A program made the position numbers and the translations under genes. A stretch of DNA of 64,000 bases. It comes from a virus. Shown here piece by piece: positions 38,795 to 46,229 of the stretch (its first letter is position 1; the number at the start of each line of letters is the position of its first letter). The notes beneath the pieces are model-generated. The model had not been told where the DNA came from, did no database searches, and worked only from the letters and a program-made list of their open reading frames with translations. The stretch covers positions 126,909 to 190,908 of the IMG/VR virus record IMGVR_UViG_3300006750_000002. One strand, written 5' to 3'.

Positions 38795-41700
38795 ATGAGA
38801 CTAAATGCCCACCATAGTGGAGAGAACATAGACCCTGAATTACAATGGGCTATAGATAATTCGTACCGTACCAACCCAGAGTTGAGAGACGATATTTTAG
38901 ACTCACTAGAAGATGAAGAATTAGAATCTTACATCGTTAATGTAGAACATGGAGATGTAAAACTTAAAGCTCCCCCCGAACAAATATTACAAAAACTTAC
39001 CGGATTATCCGATTTAGGTAATATTGTTACAACCATGAGAGGTGGTAATGGTGTAGCCGTGTTAACCGATAAAGATTTGGTAATTAAAATCACTGGTGAT
39101 AAAGCTGAATACATTACATCAAAAGAGTTAGAAAATATTAACAGTGAGTATGTGGTTAAAGTACATAGTAGTAAAGTTATTGACCCTGACGACCAAAGTA
39201 TATATACACCAGATAGTAAACCTGCTTATTTAATAATTATGGACAAAGTGGACGCTCCCACCATACAACAAGAACGTGACTGGTTTGACTGTTGTTGTAC
39301 TGAAGATAAACCCATTTATATCGATTTTACAGACCCCGATGGAGATGCAGTAGTTCATCCACCTGTAGATGATTATGATAAATGTAATAAGATTTATGAC
39401 GATATTATGAATATCAGAAAAGAGATAGAAAGAGTGGGAAGAAGATGGGTGGATATAGGAATAGATAATGTAGGCATTAAAGATGGGAAATATGTCCTAA
39501 TAGATTTAGGAACCAACGACCCATTACCCTTAAATGAAAATACTAATACTCTTACAAAAAAATTAAAGGAGTCCATTACCCACCCCACCATCCCCTTTAC
39601 AAGTAAAGTAAAAAGAATTCTGCAGGTCGCTTTAGATATGGGATTCAAAAAAGGTGAAACACTTAATCTTATAGGAATCGATTGGAAAGAGAATAAAGGG
39701 GCGGCAGAATTTCGTAAAAACCTATCTAAATTTTTTGATATAAATCTTAGTTTGTCACACGACTTGAGTTTTATATTTGAATATAATATAAAGATAGGTA
39801 ATGAAAAGGTGTCCACTTGGGTTCTACCGACAATTTATGAAAGTAATGTGTATGTTTATGGTGATTACGATACGCACTACGAATATACCGACTGTGATGA
39901 AACGGGGATTTCGTTAGGTCCTTGGGCTGTGGGTGAGGAATGTGAATGTGAAAGGGGTACGATTTATGATAGTGAGGACGATGAGTATCGGGCTTGTACT
40001 GAGAGTGAACTAGACACCATACACTCTGATGAGGAATGTGAGTGTGAATATTGGGCCAACGACGATGTTGTGGTATATTACTACCCTATATATGAAACAC
40101 AAATATATAGTACTGTTGACCCAGAGACTGCGGGATGTGACCACACTGAACATACCCATTTAAGTGATTATATTCATTGTTTGGAATCAACTGGTGATGT
40201 TGTTAGGGTAATGTCAGAAATGCATATATCCGATACGGCCCATGAACTAGAGGATGATTTTGATTATGGGTTGGGCCAGGAAATCGCTGACGATTCGGGA
40301 CGACCCTGGTCCAGTGTGGAGTTCGAGGAACATAACCCGTCAGTGGAAATGAGAAGGCTAAACGACTTATATCCAGACAGTACACCTACCTCAGAAAAAT
40401 TAAATGAACAACAAATGACCATGTTCCCAACAGGACACTGGAGGTTTCCTGTGGGAAAGGAGGGTGAGGCTGTGAAAGAGATACAAGAACAGTTACCAGA
40501 ACACATAGTGAAGTTAATATTCCAACAATGGGATAAGGAAGAACCACTTCAAATGAATGATAAAGATTTTAAATTATTTGGCATCCCTCATAAAGTTAGA
40601 TTATTGATAGCATTAATAGTAAGGTACTTACAAAACACCACTAGACCTATTCCAGTTCGTAGAGTGTGGGACTGTGAGGATTTAAAATATTTATTTACTA
40701 AAGAAGATAGACATATAGTTCAAAAGTACCTATGCGAAGAGGATTTTGATTATGAAATGATGTATGGGTATGATGAGTGGGATGATGGAATGCCAGACCA
40801 ACTGGATGAGAAAAGTTGGGGTTTGGTCACCAAGATATTAGGTGTAGATGAATCTATTGCGGAAAATTTATTAAAAGATAACCCCCAAACGCAAGCGGAA
40901 GAAGAATTATTGGCCAATAAAGAAGATGATGTAGATACAATAAGATACCTATTGAAGTGGTCCAATGAAAGAGGTGCAGGTGACGCAACCTATACCGCGA
41001 TAAAAGATTCTATGAAAGATGAAATAGAGGACCACTTTGAACAGGAGGGTAAATTTGAATATAATAGTAAAGGAGAGTTAGTCTACATAATTGAAGCAGA
41101 TTTAAAGGACTATGTCCAAGACCCTAACGCTTGGGACAATACGGATAGGTTTCAATCACATGAAGACTTTTCGGGACTAGACCTGGAAGATATACTATAC
41201 GATATTAATTTGGAGAGTGACTCCACCCTTAACCCCTATACTTCCTCCCTTCATACTATACCTAATGTAATATTTGATATATTCATGGTTAGCGACTTCT
41301 CTACCCAGTGGTATTCTGATAAACATGAATTAACTGTAGACACTAAATTCTTTGATAGTTACTGGTACCCAGATTATGATATTAATCAAGATTTTATGGA
41401 TAGAATGGGGGAGGCATATTATGACCAACTTAAAGGAACCATGAATGAAGGAAAAAGTTACGGTGCTGAGATAGAACTTGACCATAATAACGCTTACATT
41501 GAAGCTGGACCAATCACCAAGACAGAAATTCAGATTCTTAATATGATTATGGGTAAATTTTCACAACAGGAACTTACTGACCTTACAACTATTGATTATC
41601 ATAATGTGGGTTTAGACTTGGAGATAAAGTGGAGTAACTTTATTAAGTTAATTGGTGAAAAGACAGGTAACTCAGAAGATTTTGCTAAAAGTACTCGATG

Positions 41701-42823
41701 GGCAAAATGGGTGTTGGACAATAGGGATAGAGCAGAGGGTGCTAATGAAGATGGCGAAGTTGTTATTGATTTTAACAATATAGATATTTTAACTAGAAAT
41801 TACCCATCAGTTTATGAAGTAGAAGGAGATGAATCCATATGGCAAAGAGAATATAGACGAGCGGCAGTAGAAATACCAGCATTTGATGATGAGGATGCTA
41901 GAGAAAGAGCTAATGCAAGTTTCTGGGAGTATGACCCTGAGTTTGAAACTTATGATTATGGGAATAGTGATACTGATGAGTTTAATATTGAAGATATTAC
42001 TCATTATCAAACCCTTAAAGAACAAATTATCAATACTGAAAATTTACCAGAAGAAGAGATAAGTCCTGACTTAGTTGAAGGTGATAAAGTTTTTGTTTGG
42101 GATGTAGAACCAGATTTCGCTGTCTATCACAACCCAGCACCTCCAGGAACTACACCAAATACAATACCCTCCGCATTTATTGGGACAGTAACAGAAGTAA
42201 TACCAGATGATGAGATTGATAGACATGCCTACCGAGGAGGTATAAAATATATGGTAGATAGTATGTCAGGTTTAATAGGTCTATACCCAGGAAGAAGTGA
42301 TGGTTTGGGAGAGATGGGGAGGTGGGGGTTCCATAGAGATAAGTGGGTTAAGTTAAACAAGGAAAACCTACAAGAGATTAAAAAAATTACCAACACAAAA
42401 AACATTGAAAGACAAAAAGATTTCACCTTAAAAAGGTCTTTTATGGAATCAATCAATAATTTAACGGAAAAAGAGATTACCACTATCAAGGAAAGTGTGG
42501 TGGTAAGTAGAGTTACATTATTTGATTATTTAGACGAACTCAGTAAAAGTAGTTTAGTAAATGAAAATGAGTTACCTGAATTATTAATCGGAGGCAGAAA
42601 CTGGACAGATAAGTTTACCGTTTCTAAGTCCATGGACCTAGACGACCTTAAAGAAAATTCTAACAAAGTAAGGGATATCGTATTCAATAATGCAAAACTA
42701 AAACTAAGTAAAAAATTAGAAAACCCTTCTTTTATTGAAACTAAAAGAGAGTTGTTAGAGACCGCTAAAAGTATTGTCACGCTTTGGGAAGAGTCAAGAA
42801 GAAACAAAAATAGGGTTAGTTGA
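38795..42823 (+). CDS. 1342-aa modular polyprotein-like protein with N-terminal protein-kinase-like module
   Basis: GGNGVAV...VIKIT...LIIMDKV...DIGIDNV...LIDLG kinase-like motifs; further modules separated by LNE/LKE/MNE/LQE. Confidence 0.75.
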   Translation: MRLNAHHSGENIDPELQWAIDNSYRTNPELRDDILDSLEDEELESYIVNVEHGDVKLKAPPEQILQKLTGLSDLGNIVTTMRGGNGVAVLTDKDLVIKITGDKAEYITSKELENINSEYVVKVHSSKVIDPDDQSIYTPDSKPAYLIIMDKVDAPTIQQERDWFDCCCTEDKPIYIDFTDPDGDAVVHPPVDDYDKCNKIYDDIMNIRKEIERVGRRWVDIGIDNVGIKDGKYVLIDLGTNDPLPLNENTNTLTKKLKESITHPTIPFTSKVKRILQVALDMGFKKGETLNLIGIDWKENKGAAEFRKNLSKFFDINLSLSHDLSFIFEYNIKIGNEKVSTWVLPTIYESNVYVYGDYDTHYEYTDCDETGISLGPWAVGEECECERGTIYDSEDDEYRACTESELDTIHSDEECECEYWANDDVVVYYYPIYETQIYSTVDPETAGCDHTEHTHLSDYIHCLESTGDVVRVMSEMHISDTAHELEDDFDYGLGQEIADDSGRPWSSVEFEEHNPSVEMRRLNDLYPDSTPTSEKLNEQQMTMFPTGHWRFPVGKEGEAVKEIQEQLPEHIVKLIFQQWDKEEPLQMNDKDFKLFGIPHKVRLLIALIVRYLQNTTRPIPVRRVWDCEDLKYLFTKEDRHIVQKYLCEEDFDYEMMYGYDEWDDGMPDQLDEKSWGLVTKILGVDESIAENLLKDNPQTQAEEELLANKEDDVDTIRYLLKWSNERGAGDATYTAIKDSMKDEIEDHFEQEGKFEYNSKGELVYIIEADLKDYVQDPNAWDNTDRFQSHEDFSGLDLEDILYDINLESDSTLNPYTSSLHTIPNVIFDIFMVSDFSTQWYSDKHELTVDTKFFDSYWYPDYDINQDFMDRMGEAYYDQLKGTMNEGKSYGAEIELDHNNAYIEAGPITKTEIQILNMIMGKFSQQELTDLTTIDYHNVGLDLEIKWSNFIKLIGEKTGNSEDFAKSTRWAKWVLDNRDRAEGANEDGEVVIDFNNIDILTRNYPSVYEVEGDESIWQREYRRAAVEIPAFDDEDARERANASFWEYDPEFETYDYGNSDTDEFNIEDITHYQTLKEQIINTENLPEEEISPDLVEGDKVFVWDVEPDFAVYHNPAPPGTTPNTIPSAFIGTVTEVIPDDEIDRHAYRGGIKYMVDSMSGLIGLYPGRSDGLGEMGRWGFHRDKWVKLNKENLQEIKKITNTKNIERQKDFTLKRSFMESINNLTEKEITTIKESVVVSRVTLFDYLDELSKSSLVNENELPELLIGGRNWTDKFTVSKSMDLDDLKENSNKVRDIVFNNAKLKLSKKLENPSFIETKRELLETAKSIVTLWEESRRNKNRVS

Positions 42824-42868
42824 GGTAGTGTCTAACGTACTAAGAACGAGGTATTCTACACTTAAAAG

Positions 42869-42899
42869 TTGGTAATTAAAAAAAACCTCCTTATATTTG
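42869..42899 (+). promoter_or_regulatory. Bacteroidota sigma-70-type promoter
   Basis: TTG (42869-71), 20 nt, TATATTTG (42892-99); implies real HD-gene start is ATG 42920. Confidence 0.65.
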
Positions 42900-42919
42900 T
42901 ACTTATAAAACAAATAGTA

Positions 42920-43453
42920 ATGAAGTATTTTGAAGAAGTAGAAGAATTGGCGAGAGAGTTACACGGTGACCAGAAAAGAAAATATACTGGAGAACCTTAC
43001 GTTAATCACACAGTAACAGTCGCTAATATAGTTAAAAAGCACGGTGGTGACGAACCTATGGTGTATGCTGCCATTCTTCACGATGTGTTAGAAGATACAC
43101 CCACCACCGAAAACGAACTGATGGACTTACTTATGGACATATTTGATAATTATATGATTAGTAGAGACGTGGTAATGTTGGTTAAAGAACTTACCGATGT
43201 TTATGTTACAGAAAATTTTCCAAACACTAACAGAAAAGGTCGGAAAGAAATGGAGGCAATGAGATTGGGTAAGGTGTCACCCAGGGTACAGACAATCAAA
43301 TACGCAGACCTTCTAGACAATAGTAGAGATATAGTTTATAATGACCCTAAGTTCGCTAAAGTATACCTAAAAGAGAAAGAACAAATATTAAAATATATGA
43401 CTAAGGGAAATAAAGAACTTTATAATAAAAATCTTAAACTATTGTCTTTATAG
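42920..43453 (+). CDS. HD-domain hydrolase, RelA/SpoT (small alarmone hydrolase, Mesh1-like)
   Basis: HGDQKRKYTGEPYVNH, AAILHDVLEDT, ELTD, IKYADLLDN. Confidence 0.85.
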   Translation: MKYFEEVEELARELHGDQKRKYTGEPYVNHTVTVANIVKKHGGDEPMVYAAILHDVLEDTPTTENELMDLLMDIFDNYMISRDVVMLVKELTDVYVTENFPNTNRKGRKEMEAMRLGKVSPRVQTIKYADLLDNSRDIVYNDPKFAKVYLKEKEQILKYMTKGNKELYNKNLKLLSL

Positions 43454-43546
43454 TATGTTTTCTATATATTTGTTATGTCAAATGACAAACTGATTGATAA
43501 AAGTGAAAGAAGGTTTTAATTAACGTATTAAGGCACAACAATCTAT

Positions 43547-43609
43547 AAAAGAAAGGAGTTACGCAATGATATCTGGAACTACGTAACTTTAAAAAAGAAC
43601 CTTTCTTTT
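43547..43609 (+). ncRNA. candidate structured RNA element, related to 32276-32334
   Basis: AAAAGAAAGG/CCTTTCTTTT 10-bp and AGTTACG/CGTAACT 7-bp stems. Confidence 0.45.
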
Positions 43610-43612
43610 TAT

Positions 43613-43684
43613 GCGGGTGTAGTTTAATTGTAAAACGCTTAACATCCAGTTAGGAGTTGGGAGTTCAAGTCTCACCCATCCGCT
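43613..43684 (+). tRNA. atypical tRNA-Gly(UCC)-like gene (A33, bulged T-stem, no encoded CCA)
   Basis: acceptor GCGGGTG/CATCCGC, D-stem GTTT/AAAC, anticodon stem CTTAA/TTAGG with loop CA-TCC-AG, T-loop TTCAAGT, U73. Confidence 0.65.
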
Positions 43685-43730
43685 CTAATTCCCTGAAAAG
43701 GGTGGTGGAAGTCGAATCCGATTCGGCCCC

Positions 43731-43761
43731 AAAGCCAGAGTTTAATTACTCTGGCTTTTTT
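43731..43761 (+). terminator. intrinsic terminator
   Basis: AAAGCCAGAGT/ACTCTGGCTTT plus U-tract. Confidence 0.8.
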
Positions 43762-43788
43762 ATTAAAAATAAATTTAAAAAAAATATT

Positions 43789-43971
43789 ATGCCAAAAAGT
43801 AAACACAGAAAAAATCAAAAACAAAAATCTAGACAACGTACACTACGTCTGAGGAACCAAAAAAAGAAAGAAATGGAACAGTATTTTGAAATGTTATCCC
43901 AAGCCCAAAAAGAACAAAAACAATCTGAGACTATTGTACCCTCCAACCCGTACGACCTAACTGACAAATAA
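43789..43971 (+). CDS. small basic protein (MPKSKHRK...)
   Basis: start re-set to ATG 43789 because the longer ORF overlaps the tRNA. Confidence 0.6.
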   Translation: MPKSKHRKNQKQKSRQRTLRLRNQKKKEMEQYFEMLSQAQKEQKQSETIVPSNPYDLTDK

Positions 43972-44006
43972 AAATAAATTCCATTAATTTGAAGTATTTA
44001 TAGTTA

Positions 44007-45254
44007 ATGGAAAGAGGAAAAACTATAAAAGAACAAACCCCTAACTTAACCCCTGAGGAGATTGTAGGTAATTTCCTAGATTTTTGTCAGGATAATTTAG
44101 GATATCGAACCCCTGCGTCGGTAGAGTTGGTAACGGATAGGGATAAGTTAGTTACTTTGGCTTCTTATAATCTAAACGACAGTAGTGTAAGAGTTTACTC
44201 TAAAAACAGAGCACTCGCAGACATACTTAGAAGTATCGCACACGAACTAGTTCATCACAAACAATTAGAAGATGGTAGAATTGATGTTAACAATCCACCC
44301 CAGGATGTTGGTGGTGAGATTGAAGACGAGGCAAATGCTGTAGCGGGTCAACTAGTAAAAGCTTTTGCTTATACTGATGTAAACATCTACGAAAATTGGA
44401 GTAAATCTAGGGCTGTGGGACGAGGACAAACCTTTTGTCAAGATAAAGAGGAAAATATAACCATTACAGATACCGTCAAAGGTTATGGGCAGAATCTAAT
44501 ACATGGGACCACTAAAACCAAAGAAAATAATTTTAAACCAAACTTAAGAGAAGGGTCATTTAGTATCCCTGCTCAGAGTAAAGATTTGTTGGGTTTAGTA
44601 AATGAAGAGACCGACACAAACAAATTAAAATTAATACAAGAAGTAATTCACAATCAATTAAGGTATCTTAATAAAAATCAAGAAGTCTTAAATGAAGAGT
44701 CAATAGTGAATTTCAAGAAGATAGGTGATGGAACTGTAACACCTATAGATGTTAAAATAATGAATCACCTTATTAGGGATTATAGTAAAGATGAAATAAA
44801 AGATATGGTAGGCATTAGTGCTTATAGTTTGGATTTAACGCATATCTTTAAATTATATGGAGGACCTAGACTGTGGAGTTTCTATGGAAAACGGTTAGTA
44901 CAGTTTATTTATGACAGTAATTATAATGTTACGGAAAACAATGTTGGTGACCCACTACCACCGTTAAATACATACTCTATAACTCGAAGTTCAGTTGCAG
45001 TACAAAGAGTATCACAAGACTATAGAGTTGAAGCTCAGGACACCAACTTCAACGGGTTTATGTGTGGTGTTCAGGAAGACTTCTGGGGGTATGACCCAAC
45101 CTTTATCAGTCAGGAAGTACTAGATGATGACTTCGTAGGTGATGAAGAATGGGTATCAGTAAGTATGAATGGTAAACGAATTTGGGGCGGAACTGAAAGT
45201 GAAATAGAAGGAAAAGAAGATTTCAACCCTTATAATAGGGAATGTAATTATTAA
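44007..45254 (+). CDS. modular protein: zincin-like HExxH module + repeated unknown module
   Basis: HELVHH...EDEANA; C-terminal module after LNEE is homologous to modules in 38795 and 46229 ORFs; TATTTATA 43995-44002. Confidence 0.72.
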   Translation: MERGKTIKEQTPNLTPEEIVGNFLDFCQDNLGYRTPASVELVTDRDKLVTLASYNLNDSSVRVYSKNRALADILRSIAHELVHHKQLEDGRIDVNNPPQDVGGEIEDEANAVAGQLVKAFAYTDVNIYENWSKSRAVGRGQTFCQDKEENITITDTVKGYGQNLIHGTTKTKENNFKPNLREGSFSIPAQSKDLLGLVNEETDTNKLKLIQEVIHNQLRYLNKNQEVLNEESIVNFKKIGDGTVTPIDVKIMNHLIRDYSKDEIKDMVGISAYSLDLTHIFKLYGGPRLWSFYGKRLVQFIYDSNYNVTENNVGDPLPPLNTYSITRSSVAVQRVSQDYRVEAQDTNFNGFMCGVQEDFWGYDPTFISQEVLDDDFVGDEEWVSVSMNGKRIWGGTESEIEGKEDFNPYNRECNY

Positions 45255-45266
45255 AAAAACAAAGTT

Positions 45267-46229
45267 ATGAAAATTATAATTACAGAAGAACAACTTAAAA
45301 AGATAATGGAGATTAAAACGACTTTACACGAAGTCGCTCTATCATCACCTGTACCTTATAACGGAGTTAACACGTCCATTCCTGAAGGTACATTAAAACT
45401 ATATGACGGGTTAGGTAAAGGTAGGAGAGAAAAGAGAGATGAGGTAAGGCAAATGCAACAAGACCTCATCACTCTTAATTACATATTACCGAGATTTGGA
45501 GTTGACGGTAAGTTCGGTAGAGAGACCCTCGTGTCAGTAAATGCTTTTCAAAAAGACCATGGGTTTGTAGAAAGTGAAACGGTCACCCAAGAAATGTTAA
45601 CAGCACTCAAAAATCCTAAAAACTTAAATAAAAATCCTGAAATCAATGACCCCAAACAAGTTAAAAAACACGCTAAACAAGGGAACATAAAACCTTTTAG
45701 TCCTGCAGTTGTTGACGCAATTAGGAAAGCAAGTGGTGAAAATGGTGTAAGTGAAGAACTAATGTTTACGATTGCTAATATTGAATCTGGGGGGGACCCC
45801 ACCGCAAGAAACAAACGGAGTGGTGCTTCAGGATTGTATCAGATAATGCCTAAATATTTTAATGACTATGGTGTTAATGGCACAACAGTATGGGACCCTT
45901 ATGAAAATGCGGATGCAGCAGCTAAAGGACTTAAAAGAAAAATTGAAAGGTTAACGAAGGTAATAAAATCCTCACCCACTAATCCCCAAATTTATATGGC
46001 ACACAATCAAGGTAGTGGGGGATTTGAAATTATTTATAATGCTTGTAAAAACTTTGGTGGTTTAGATGGTAAAGAATCTTTACAACAATCTTCTAACAGT
46101 CTTGGGTATGGAAGAAGAACTGGGAGTAAAATATATAGAAATATGAGAGGTAATAAAGGAAACCACCCATGTCAATTTATGGACAGTTGGGGTGACATAT
46201 ATGACAGTAAAAAGACTTCTTACGCATAA
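45267..46229 (+). CDS. peptidoglycan-binding domain + lytic transglycosylase (SLT/GH23)
   Basis: VRQMQQDL...VDGKFGRETLVSVNAFQ; IANIESGG...ASGLYQIM...DPYEN...YMAHNQG. Confidence 0.88.
   Translation: MKIIITEEQLKKIMEIKTTLHEVALSSPVPYNGVNTSIPEGTLKLYDGLGKGRREKRDEVRQMQQDLITLNYILPRFGVDGKFGRETLVSVNAFQKDHGFVESETVTQEMLTALKNPKNLNKNPEINDPKQVKKHAKQGNIKPFSPAVVDAIRKASGENGVSEELMFTIANIESGGDPTARNKRSGASGLYQIMPKYFNDYGVNGTTVWDPYENADAAAKGLKRKIERLTKVIKSSPTNPQIYMAHNQGSGGFEIIYNACKNFGGLDGKESLQQSSNSLGYGRRTGSKIYRNMRGNKGNHPCQFMDSWGDIYDSKKTSYA

Noticed and set aside
43657-43788. N-terminal extension of the 104-aa ORF
   Set aside because: It overlaps the tRNA-like gene and the terminator; ATG 43789 is the plausible start.
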